DNA of 63,983 nucleotides, the filler included, from Reticulomyxa filosa (Eukaryota > Protista > Foraminifera): the NCBI GenBank assembly GCA_000512085.1. It is 26 parts of 26 records of this genome, joined end to end, with 100 filler letters (N's around TTAATTAATTAA, not from the genome) between each part and the next. Parts side by side here need not be neighbours in the genome. Positions count along the whole stretch, not along the records: positions 36,939 to 43,087 come from ASPP01022563.1; positions 43,188 to 44,545 come from ASPP01016308.1; positions 44,646 to 45,975 come from ASPP01021914.1; positions 46,076 to 47,392 come from ASPP01000352.1; positions 47,493 to 48,507 come from ASPP01038868.1; 21 more parts are not named here. The stretch is one strand, 5' to 3'. Numbering within the stretch: the first letter of the stretch is position 1; the number at the start of each line of letters is the position of its first letter. The notes under the pieces were generated by a model. It saw nothing but the letters and a program-made list of their open reading frames with translations. It did not search any database and was not told the DNA's origin. Shown one piece after another: positions 36,939 through 48,507 of the stretch. The position numbers and the translations under genes were made by a program.

Positions 36939-39900
36939 CTATCTCTATCTCTATCTCTATCTCTATCTCTATCTTTGTTTCTTTCCGAATTGCGTGTTTT
37001 GCTCTTATTAGGTCTTCTTGATCTTCGACCCTCGTGTTCACCCTCGCCATAGTCGTCATCGTCCTCGTCCTCGTCCTCATCGTCATCATCATTGCCGCCG
37101 CGAATAGTGCTGGCCGCATACGAGAACGTCTGCGTGAGCGTGTTGGTCATATTTTCCATCAATCCCAACGTATACTTCCACGCGTTGTTGAGCAGGCCCT
37201 GATCAAAGTCATCGTCAATCGGGACATTGGAGCCACTGGTGTTGGACAGGGTCGGACGATGGTGCGTATTCGACTTTTTAATGACCTGCTTACCACTCAG
37301 CTGTTTGATGTAGTTGCGCATGTTTTCCATTTCGGTGGAGAACTCCAAGATCAAATGGAGTTTGGAGCGCATCAGTTCTTTGTACTTCTTGCCGAGCAGC
37401 TGCATCTCTTCCTTGTGATTGTCCCACTCCGTCTGCGTGACGGGCATGTTTAAGGGGATGGTAGGATCGTCGCTGCGTGCCAAGATATTGCTTAAATCGA
37501 TATTGGCACGTGACAAGCGATTGGTCAGAGTGCGTTGGTGTTTATTCAGCGACTCGACTTCCTTCTGCAACTCAGCGATTTTGGTGGTCTTTTCATTGGA
37601 CAGAGCTTCGGTTTGTTCTTTGGTGGTTTGCAAATGTTCGATTTCCTTTTTCAACTCCGAGATGTGACTGGTCACTTCGGTGAGATGCAAGATCTCTTGA
37701 TCCTTCTTTTCGTTGTCCAACATGAGTTCCTTGACTTTGTCACTTTCGTTCATCTTCAAGCGATCATTCTTTAGCTCCAGCACGCGCATATCCTTCTTTA
37801 CATTGTTTAACTCTATTCCCTTCTGCAGGATCAGACTGTCATAGCGCTTGATGGTCTCGTACAACTCTTGTCTCTGCTCGAACAACTGCGCCTTGAACAG
37901 CTCCTCGCTTGTCTTGATGCCACCCGTCTTCATTAACTCATTGCATTGCTCCTCGCTGCTTTCCAAGTTTTTGTTACCCTTGTCGATTTCCATGTGCAAG
38001 TGCTTCAACTCCATTGCATGAGTTTGCTTCAGGTTTTCGATATTCGTTTCGTACGTCGCCTGCGTCTCCAATAGCTTTTCCTCCAGTTTCACCACATCCT
38101 CGTCGCGTGCTTCTGCTCCGACCACTGCCGTGGTGCCAATCGTCGCGTCCACTTGCGACGCGATGCCGTTCCAGTCTTCGTCGCCGATCACAATGATGTC
38201 GGTGTCCACTCCGTTCGAGTCCTTCGCCTCCAGACCCAAGTCGAGCTCCATGCCCATGCTGAGGCCCAGACCCAAGCTTTCGTCCAAATCGCTCGGTTTT
38301 TCGATCACCGTTTCGGCATCGGTCGTGTTGGGTGACTGTGCTGTTGCATCAGCATCCTTTGCTGCACTGCCATCGGTTAAATGAGAAGCAGGATTGATAT
38401 CTGTTGAATTATTATTATTATTATTATTATTATTGTTGTTGTTGTTGTTAAGGTTGGTATTGTCATTCTTGCTGTCATTGTCACTAGCATTGCCATTGCC
38501 ATTGTCATTGTCATTGTCATTATCATTGTCACTGTCACGGATAAGTTCATTGGACTGGGCTTGTGCATCCGTCGAGGCTTCATTGAGATTGGCCTTGCGC
38601 TGAGTATTGCGAGTGGCTTCCAACTCAGCCTTGATTTCATTATAATTCTTTTCGGCCATTTCGAACTTGAGTTTGAGTTCTTCGAATTTGAGTTGTTCGG
38701 CCTCGAGTTTGTTCTGCAGAAGCAAGAGTTCTTCTTGTGGAACCACTATTTGCTGTGCTTGTGATTGTGATTGTGATTGTGGTTGTAATTCTTTTTTCAA
38801 TTCGTCGATGAGGTCTTGCGTATCCTTGTAGTTCTGCATGGCGTTCTTCATGACCAACTCGTCTCTTCGCCAAGAGTCAAAGACCAAGTCCAGGAACTGC
38901 TTGAGCTGCTGCTTGCCAGGATTGGGCAAGACTTTTTCCAAGTCTTTGACGGTCATGGACGACACAGGTACGGGCAAGTCCTTTTCGGTGTGGAAAGCGT
39001 GATCATTGGGATCGGAGAGGTCATATCCGACGACGTCTTCGGGCAGTTGGAGATGGTTGTTCTCAATGTATTTTTCGAGGAGTTCTACACGAAGTTGGGA
39101 GCGCTGACATTCGGTCATAAAGTCATGGATGACATCGCAGATGACAAATTTCATGTGTTTATACCATTGCGAGAGTTGATGTCGACTGACACGTTCGGGA
39201 AGTTGCAAAGCCTCGTTGCTGAAGATGGAGCACTGCAGTTCAAAGTTGAGATCGATACTCAAGTTCACGTCTTTGGCGCCGCTAAGGATGAGTTTGCGAT
39301 TTTCCTTCATCAAATGGCCCATATCGATTTTGAGTGACGTGATTTCGTCTTTGCATTGTTCGAGTTCTTTCTGCGTTTCAGTGAAGGCACCATTTCGATT
39401 TTCCATTTGCTTTTCGAAAGCCATTTGATTTTCCTTCATGGTATTTTCATAATGTTTGGTGGATTCGAGCAGTTTGGACGCCGCCTCTTCTTTTTCTTTG
39501 TTGGCGACATTGGCCTGTTCACGGATCTCTTCCACTTGTTTTTGCAAGTCTTTTGTATTTCTTCATCACATTTTCATAGTCTTCCAACTTGGGTTTCATC
39601 TGCTTAATTTCTTGTTCGCGACTCGCCAAAATGTCTTGCATTTCTTTAATCATATCCTTCAGCTGCCTATTATTCACAATCATATTTTGCAATTCATTCT
39701 CCGATTGCTCCAAATCTCGTTCCAATTCATCAAACGCTTCGCGCGACGAATTTTGCTTCAGCTCCGTCAACTCCTTCTGCGTCGCTGTACACAACTGATT
39801 CAGACGATCGTTCTCCGTCTTCAATCCTTTAATCATCTCCTCCTTACACTGCAACGTCGTCTTCCACTCACTCTTCTCTTGGCGCAATGTTGCAATTTCG

Positions 39901-40223
39901 TCCGCATAGTACTGAATGTCCTTATTAAAGCCCTCGTCCTCGTCTGACAAAATCTTGTCTCCCAAACCCAATGACGCACGCAACTTCATGTGGCTCAAAT
40001 CGGCCGATCCTTCGTCGTCTTCTTTGTCGTATCCACGCATCTCTGACAACTCCTGCTCGATTGTCTCGCGCTCTTGTCTCTCCATTTCTGTTTGCTCTTT
40101 GCTCAACATTAACTCTACACTCAAGTCGCGAATCGTCTGGATAAACTGCGTGCGCTCCTGATAGATATCTCTTTGGAGCTGCTCGAACTTGTCCTTATAT
40201 TTCATCTCTGCATTCGTTTCCAT
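36939..40223 (-). CDS. Very long coiled-coil protein (~1095 aa, 3' end off contig)
   Basis: ORFs 39519-40223 and 36887-39547 join if one A is removed from TACAAAAGAC (~39552). Heptad-rich E/K/Q/L sequence, N/D tracts and a terminal DR repeat. Confidence 0.8.
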
Positions 40224-41219
40224 ACGCTTCGAACTTGAGATCTTTGCCTCCTTTGGTGTTGATATATTACCAAAAAAAAATTAATTTGATTATGACACCC
40301 TTTTTTTTCTTCCTGTTAAAAAAAAACGTGCAAACTATTAATAGTAATACTATCAGATCGTAACATTACGATAATACTTTTAACTTGTCATCTGTTTGTT
40401 TAGACTCAAATCTTCAATACCATTTGTTAATCTTTTTTTTTTGTTTATCATTTATTTAAGCAAAAAAATAAATACGACAAAACTGTTTGTAATTTAAACA
40501 CATTTTGCAATCTTCTAATTTGCCCAATCATTGCATTTAACTCATTTACAGTTTCTGATTGGCTAATTTGTTTGATTGAAATCAAATTGCACGATTTAGA
40601 TTTATTTTTGACAGGAAAATCTCCAATTAGGAAGTTCTTCTGCTTTGTAGTAGACTTTTCCAAAGATAGCAGCTTTATTTCTATTAAGTATTTGTAAACT
40701 TTTTTTAGAAATTATTTCTTGAAACCACAAATAACTCTTTTCTAATTCAACCACATTACAAGAATTAAATGGTGATAGTTGTTAATTTAATGAATGTGTT
40801 TTATTTTCAATTTATTCATTGCGCCTTTTAGTATTAAAATATTTATTTCATTAAAAAAAAATGCAAAATTGAAGTAAATGTTTTTATTTCCAGAATCGTA
40901 ACTTTTCATTTATTAAAATTTAAAATTTGTTATTTTTTTGATCAGTCAACAAATAATTAATTAAAAATAAAATTATCATAATTTGTGCAAAACAATAAAA
41001 ATTATTTATTCTCTTTCCAGTTTTTCGATATTACAAAAAAAGATATTTGTAAATAATTAGTCTTTTTAATCCAAGTAACTTATTCATAAATGAATCATTA
41101 GAAAGAAAAAAATAAACCAAACAATACTCCAAATTTTAAAATAAATAATTTTAAAATGGAAATCAAAACAAACTTTGTTAATGTCTTTCAATTTAAAAAT
41201 TTAAACAAAAAATTTATCC

Positions 41220-42609
41220 TCAAACACAAATTGGACCTTTTTTTGAATCATAATATAAATTAATACTATAATTATCTTTTGAATTTTGTTCATTATCATT
41301 TACTTTCTTCTTCAATGACATAAATTTAAGACAAAATATTCCATCTTCTTCATCATTTCCTTTGATCACATACAATTCTTGTTTATTTGATCGAATATCC
41401 CAAAAACGAATTGTATTATCTCTTGATCCAGAACATATCACATTCGAATTACCACCAATACCTTCATTCTTTATTACAAATGGTGAATATTCAACAGCAC
41501 AAACACTATTTGTATGTCCATTGAACACTTGAATTTGTTTACCAGAGCGAATATCCCATAAACGAACACTTTTATCAAATGACCCAGATAATATTGTATT
41601 TAATAATTTATTTGATCCATATTTTGCAATCTTCACATAACTGTCATGTCCTTTGAATACATTGAATTGTTTTGTTATTTCAATATCCCATATTCGAATG
41701 GTATTGTCCCATGATCCAGAGCAAATTGTATATTCATTTCCGCCAATCAAACCAATACTATTATTTTTATTATTGTTATCATTATTGTCATTACTTTGCA
41801 ATGGTGAAATATCAACACATTCAGCACTATATCTATGTCCATTGAAAATATGTAATGACTTTGATGTTTCAACATCCCATAAACGAATTGTTTTATCACC
41901 AGATCCAGAACACAAATATCTACCACCATTGAATGATGAAAATTCAATTCCACAACTCACGAAGTATGTCCATTAAATACTTGTAATTGATTATTATGTT
42001 TGAAATCCCAAAAACGAATGGTTTCGTCACTTGATGAAGAACAAATGACATTTTGACGATGATTATGATGAAAATTTCACACAATTTACATAACTTGAAT
42101 GTTCATTAAATGATTGAATTTGTTTGTTGTTATCAATATCCCACACATAAACTATTTGATCATGTGATCCAGAACAAATGAATTGACAATCACCAAATGT
42201 TAAATAATCAATACTCCACACAGTGTCAGTGTGTCCATTGAATATATTGATTAATTTAGATGACAAAAAAAATGTGTCGAACATGAAGAAAGTATTTGCC
42301 TGTGTTAATAATTGATAAAAAATAACAAAAATATATTTGTTTATTTTATTTTAAATTAAATAAAAGACAAAATAAAAAAAACGTAACATAATTTACGACT
42401 AGTTTATCGAAATCATTTATCCATCCCAATTTAATTTGTAACATTCGAATCCAATGCTGAATAATGATTTGGATCTCGTTTTCCTCTGACTAATTCAATC
42501 ACAAGCAACATAATAAAAACTTAAAGATAATCAACTTTTTAAAAGTTTGTAACAAACTTACCACTACTAGTTGAGTTAAAATTTGTTTATCATTGATAAG
42601 AGTTGTCAT
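41220..42609 (-). pseudogene. WD40-repeat gene, near full length, disabled
   Basis: ATG 42609, two short exons (IQIIIQHWIRMLQIKLGWINDFDKLVVNY), then about 7 WD repeats. Frameshifts at ~42060 and ~41960. TGA at the terminal Trp (GPICV*G). Confidence 0.92.
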
Positions 42610-42999
42610 TTTGCAACTGCTTTTTATTTTTTTGCTTGGCTCGTTTTCAATGATGTAAAATGGAAAATATTTAACTTTTTTTTTTCAGTTCAATAAAGGG
42701 ACTTCAAAAATAGAATTCTGCAATATCTGTGCTTTTTCTTAATGAAGAAAAAAAAGAAAATTAATTATAAATTTTTATGATTATATTAAACTATCTTTTT
42801 TTGCTATTCAATGTAATGTTCATTGTTAAAATGAAAATACAAATATTTTATTATAAAAATTGTAAGCCAGAAAAATATATCATGATCCGTGAACTAATTA
42901 ATTTCAAAAAATAAACAAACCAAAGCAAAGAAAGGAAATATGATTAAAGTCAAAGATGAAAACACAAAGTAAAGTTGACACATAAAACGGCACATTATT

Positions 43000-43039
43000 G
43001 ATTTTCTTCATGAAAAAACAACATCTAGACATATTTTTT
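43000..43039 (+). mobile_element. Degenerate solo TIR-like end, same family
   Basis: GATTTTCTTCATGAAAAAACAACATCTAGACATATTTTTT aligns without gaps to the 24842 copy (about 6 mismatches in 40). Confidence 0.55.
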
Positions 43040-43187
43040 TTTATTTTAAAAAATATCTACAAATTGTGTAGTTTTTAAATATCATTTNNNNNNNNNNNNN
43101 NNNNNNNNNNNNNNNNNNNNNNNNNNNNNNNTTAATTAATTAANNNNNNNNNNNNNNNNNNNNNNNNNNNNNNNNNNNNNNNNNNNN

Positions 43188-44545
43188 CTGTGCCAAGCGC
43201 GTTGCTCCTGCGTCCCGGCGCTCTCCAGCGGCCGGGCGATACCGCGGATATGGCCGTAAGCCTCAGGACACCAGCCGTCTGGTTCGCCAGGCTTGGGGTA
43301 AAAGCTCACGACGTAACCAATGCTTGATGCACTTGGCAGAATATAGAATCGGCAGACCACGAGTGGAATGTCCTGTCGGTCAGATGATCCTGTCGAGGCG
43401 TCGGCCATTATTCCTCCTGTACACGACCCGTGCCGCTGCTCAGAGAGGACCGTGTGAGGTCGAAACGAGAAGTGGCGAAGACAATACGATCTGTCAACGC
43501 TCAGCATTACGGTGATTTCTTCGATTCCGAATGTTTCCGGCTGGCATCCTGCCGTCATGGCGGCCGAGGACGGCTTCCTGCATGTGCCTGACACCCACGG
43601 ACGCCTTTCCAGGTGACAGGCGCGCGGAGACCACCAACGTCTCCATCAATTCGATGAAGGGGCCTGTGTGCCACTGCGACGCTGGAGGCCGTCCGATGGC
43701 GGCTTTTGTTGGGTGTTTGCCGGACTGCTCGGCGGATTGCCCGATGCCGGACCCCCGCGGATTTCGTCCGCAGTCACCTGACAGTCGCGGTTGCGGTCAT
43801 AGCGCGCGAAAATGGGATTCGGCTTGTCGGCAAACTCACGAAGGCTGACCCGGTCATCGAGGTTGTCATCGAAATAGGCGAGGTCCGCCTTCGAAAATAT
43901 CGGCTCGTATTTGCCCAGTGTCGCGAACTCCGTGCGGTCCAGCACGCCGTCGCCGTTCCTGTCCGATCGGATGAAGAGCTGCTCGGCATATCGCTTCCAT
44001 TCCTGGCACGTGAGCACGCCGTCGAAATCCGCATCCCAGCGCGAAAACCGGCGAGCAACGGGTCCGCAGTCTGCCGAGAAGCATGGGCTGACCCCGGCAT
44101 CGGCTGCGCGGGCAAGGGGGCCTCCGTACTGCTCAGCGCCAAAAGGAGAACACCCATACCGAGAACCCGCAGGAACACTCGCGCGGGTCGCGCGGACACT
44201 GCGGGAGGGCCGCCCTTCCGGATCGGGGGAGGTGCAGGGGTAGACCACGCCGGGCAGACCTTGGAGAGGGAGAATGAAGGCCCTTTGTGGGGGACGAACC
44301 CGGCGTGATCTGAGCGGACAGTGCCACATTCATCGCATCCTGGCTCCGGCCGGGCGATGGAGTGTTGTAACGGATCCTGTCGTTCCGCGAGGATGACATG
44401 TTTGGATACGATTGATCCGCTGCCGCCCCATGCAACGGCCCGTTCGCGCACTGATGGCGCAGAAGTCCTGTCGGCATAGAAGTAGCCGCCGCAGGTTTGC
44501 GGGCGGCGGCTCTCGTAGCACGCGGCAGCGAAGGCGGCTCGTCGC
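43188..44545. other. GC-rich bacterial contig (contaminant, food organism or associate)
   Basis: Abrupt switch to high GC (roughly 60%+ by eye). No homopolymer tracts or introns. Bounded on both sides by linkers. Confidence 0.9.
43646..44199 (-). CDS. Bacterial secreted EF-hand protein
   Basis: Four EF-hand loops (DADFDGVLTCQE, DRNGDGVLDRTE, DDNLDDRVSLRE, DRNRDCQVTADE). The signal-like RVLGMGVLLLALSSTEA is in another frame and joins by one extra T at GGTTTTCG (~44045). Start codon uncertain. Confidence 0.8.
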
Positions 44546-44668
44546 NNNNNNNNNNNNNNNNNNNNNNNNNNNNNNNNNNNNNNNNNNNNTTAATTAATTA
44601 ANNNNNNNNNNNNNNNNNNNNNNNNNNNNNNNNNNNNNNNNNNNNAAAAAAAAAAAAAAAATTATACG

Positions 44669-45737
44669 TAACTTTCAAATTGTTAATGTCAACATTTGGC
44701 ATGGCACTCATTTCTCGATTGACCTCTTCCATTTCTCGAAGGCCTTGTTCTTCAGTAATCCAAAGTTTCTCATTTTGCGTATCACATTTCATCCAATACT
44801 TTAGCTCAGCCTTAATATGTGTCAATCCTCCCATAACGTGCACATTCTCATGACCTCCACACACCACAGCAGCACAATCGGCCAAAGAATGTGGCAAAGC
44901 TAATGTGCACATGACCCACTTGTTTTCCTCAATCATATACTTGTGCACATTAGCACTGCTCAAACGAAGCCCGTCAATCCCTCCAAAGAACAGCACCATG
45001 CCACTGGTGCACAAAAACGCATAATGACTCAACGTGCGCATGGTCGAGCACATGTGCACGTTGGCAACGTCAAATTTATTTTGATACTCGTCATAGTCGA
45101 TTGATAGTCCCGTTTTTTGGCAAAACAGCAGCATTTCGGTCTTTATTTTTTTCTGTAATCTCTCCGCAGCTGCGGTGGAGGGCATTGCTGTTTTCAGCAC
45201 AAGGCAATGGTAATTCAACGTATCCACGATTGGCAACGAAAACTTACTCACATACTTGCATGTGCTCATATTAAATACGTCAATCGATTTGGAATACGTA
45301 ACGAACAACAAATTGTTATTACGTCCTCCAACCACTGCACGCACGCCACAATAGTCTCTTTGATTACATTGGATATAAATGGGCTTAGTATTGGTACTAT
45401 TCACCTGGGACAACCATTGTATACCTGCTTTCTTCTTCCAAACGCTTGCGTATTTTATTATACTTACTTTTCCATCATAGCCTCCAAATATCCACAGTGT
45501 CGTATCCTTTTGATCGTTTGCTTTGGGAATCTTCACCACACAATAACCCCAGGTTGTGTAATTGCTTGGAAAACTAGATAAAAATCTGTATTGATTGCCT
45601 CGAATGTGATACGAATAACAGTTCACTTGGCGGCGGCCCCCGAAAATTAACAACTCTCGCGCCAGTGCAACGCACTGAGTTTTAGGAAAGTTTTCTGGCA
45701 AGCGATGCATGCTTTCAAATGGAGATGAGGTCGCCAT
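44669..45737 (-). CDS. Kelch-repeat protein, intact first exon
   Basis: Uninterrupted ~355-codon frame: QCVALARELLIFGG...CYSYH...WIFGG...RAVVGGRNNNLLFVTY...LFFGG...VHVMGG, ending at a GT donor. Confidence 0.9.
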
Positions 45738-46329
45738 ATTGTTTTTGATTTGTATTCTTTTTCGCTAGATACAATTAAATTATAATTATTTGCCGAAATG
45801 ATCGAGCTTGGAAGAAAAAATTGAAAAAAGGGACCACGTTTTCTTTTCTTTTTTTTTTGGTGGTTTTTTGACGGTTGGAAACGCTGTTTAAACTCAAGTA
45901 TTTTGGTAAAAAGTATTAGACGTTAAAATTCCTTTCTAAAGGAGCTAGTCAAAATTCGCTTTTGTGGGAATACAGNNNNNNNNNNNNNNNNNNNNNNNNN
46001 NNNNNNNNNNNNNNNNNNNTTAATTAATTAANNNNNNNNNNNNNNNNNNNNNNNNNNNNNNNNNNNNNNNNNNNNCAATATTTATTCTTTATTTTATTTA
46101 AATTCATGCCATGCGTATGAATGAATGAAATGTTTTTATTAAATATCAAAAAATGAAAAAGAAACAAAAAGTTTTGCTTTGTTGTCGACGCGACATTCTT
46201 GCACCAGCATGCAGAGCACTTTCAAAAAACCCACACTCTACTTTGACTAGCTCAAAGTTATGTTATATTTTTGAAAAATGTTTAGAAAACTTTTGAAAAA
46301 AAAATTTGATAGATTTGGACGTTTTGATG

Positions 46330-47392
46330 TTGTTTGACAGAATTCCAATAATTTCTATACCAATGCATTTCATTTGAATGCTTCTCCACAGTATTTTATA
46401 AAACCATTGATACTAAATGTTTCATTTAATACTATCTTTTCATTATTCTTTGCTTGGTCCATCATTATTCTTTTTCTTATGTCCACATGTTGTTTGCATT
46501 CATATAATACGTGTTGGATTTGATCTTTCCATCATGTCTGGGTTGCATTCATTTAATACTTGTATTAGCGGTTGGTTTGCTATTTTGGATTCAATCTCTT
46601 TTATATCTCTTATATAATCGTTTTTATATATCCTTTTCTTTACAAGCTTGCTACATTCTTGATTTGTCATATAGGTTGGTGGGAAATACCAATAACATAT
46701 CATTATCCGCTATTGCTTTAAAGACTTCAACATTTATCATCGGCGGTATTTTCTTCTTTGTTCTTATTTTTTCAACGTATATTTGTATGTTATCCATTAC
46801 ATAATTGTATTCTTGTTTGATTAATTTCCCAGATAAATGATCATTTTGAATATGTTAAACTAATTTGTGATTAATAGATATTTGTTCCTTGCATCAAGTG
46901 ATGGGATTCCTGAGAAGGAGGTGAGGTACAATTTTAGTATACGTGTCAATGCCAGATGTTGCATTGTATTTAGACGAGCAATCGCGCTTTTTCGAAACAA
47001 TATCGACCGAAATCCGTATTCTATTACAGGTCTGATTATGGCTTTATAATATTTTACTTGTTTATATCAAGTTGTCCACCAATAATTTACATTATTTGAC
47101 TTTGTGTAATAATTGTGTTTCAGTCTCAATTGGAAATGGAGCATAGGACCAGTTACCATTTGTCACAAGTAGCTGTACCTATGTCAGTAGGGAATGTAAT
47201 AATTGCAGCATTTTTCCTTTTACTCCAATTGTACATAATTTATACAGTAGACCATTGTGCCAGACTGAATCGAAAGCCTTATTTATATATCTCATATTGT
47301 ATAGGATATACGTAGTATGACTATGTTATCATCAGTTACTCTTCCTATCATAAATCCATTTTGTTCTTTGTGTATTGTCTTTTCTAGGAGTG
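46330..47392 (-). mobile_element. Degenerate non-LTR retrotransposon (LINE) reverse transcriptase fragment
   Basis: KAFDSVWHNGLLYKL (47236-47280), YKAIIRPVIEYG (~47014-47048) and RLNTMQHLALTRIL...GIPSLDAR (~46888-46975) are characteristic LINE RT and post-RT motifs. The GVPQGS/YADD region is missing and there are many stops. The 3' boundary is approximate. Confidence 0.88.
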
Positions 47393-47492
47393 NNNNNNNN
47401 NNNNNNNNNNNNNNNNNNNNNNNNNNNNNNNNNNNNTTAATTAATTAANNNNNNNNNNNNNNNNNNNNNNNNNNNNNNNNNNNNNNNNNNNN

Positions 47493-48466
47493 TTCTTCTT
47501 CTTCTTCTTCTTCTTCTTCTTCTTCGTCATTGCCGTGTTCGCCAGCTTCTTCTTTTCTTTCCAGTAACTCTGTTTTGCGTAGTCGAGCAGTTTGCAGTTC
47601 GCCCAGTTGAAGTAAGGTTTGATAGGTGACATATTGTTCAAGTCGCTGTTGGAACTCTTCAAACTACTCTCGTCACAATTTACAGAAAAGACACAAATTA
47701 CAAAGCATATTTAATATCGATGGATATATTCTTTTTTTTTTTTTTTTTTTTTTGCTTAACCTTTTCTTTGCAATACTTGTCTTCATGATGCTCGGATATG
47801 TGCCATACGCCTTTTCTGTGCAAAACGACAATATGAAGAGCGACCGCAACGAGACAGATGATATCGCCAATAAGCAGACTCACAATTTGCGTGCTGGACG
47901 ACGCCTTGGTGATCCCGAGCAACTGGTCGAATCTCAATAACGTGGTGGACGCGTTGGGAGGCAAGCAATAGGGGTCGGGTTGGAAGTTGTAAATAAAGGT
48001 ATCCGAGTGAGCACTTCCGAGTGTGGCGACACAAAAGATAGGCAATTGAAATATAAACTTCAAAAACATGGCCATTTGTGTATAACAGGCGATCCAGAGC
48101 CAATACGTTTTGTCCGGTCTTTTGTACTGCAACAGCGCAAAGATGACAAACGAAACCGGCACCACACATGCGATCAGCGTGCCTTGCACCAACAGCACCA
48201 GCCAATAAATGCAGATCACAATCACCTGCGTGTGCGAGGTGAGTGCGATCATTGCCAATCGGAAAGTGTGGAGTCCGTCCAGCCAGTCCAATGTCTTCAC
48301 GTGCACTCGCAGAGCCTCCTCAATAGCTACGTCCTCGTATTCTCGGACGATCGCCTTCGTCTGGCTCTCGACCTTGTTGTACATCATCATCTTCGCTGAC
48401 AACATTTGGCTCGCCAAAAAGCTCATGTGTTCACCACTTTTTTGTTTGTTCAATTGATCGCTGAAG

Positions 48467-48470
<4 letters not shown>
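47493..48470 (-). CDS. PIEZO: Piezo-family mechanosensitive channel, internal TM-repeat exons
   Basis: SHTQVIV...VVPVSFVIFALLQYKRPDKTYWLWIACYTQMAMFLKFIFQL...LLGITK...DIICLVAVALHIVVLHRKGVW parallels Piezo1 AHSELLCY...LVLPVLVFLWAMLSIPRPSKRFWMTAIVFTEIAVVVKYLFQF...ILGLEK...YDLVQLMALFFHRSQLLCYGLW. Confidence 0.88.

Positions 48471-48507
<37 letters not shown>

Noticed and set aside
37034-39947. Long plus-strand ORFs opposite the coiled-coil gene (also opposite the kinase, Piezo and RA genes)
   Set aside because: Antisense shadows of biased or low-complexity coding sequence; the poly-I/V/L stretches come from microsatellites.
46076-48507. Apparent adjacency of LINE and Piezo, and other cross-linker neighbourhoods
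   Set aside because: Separated by artificial linkers, so the order carries no biological information.
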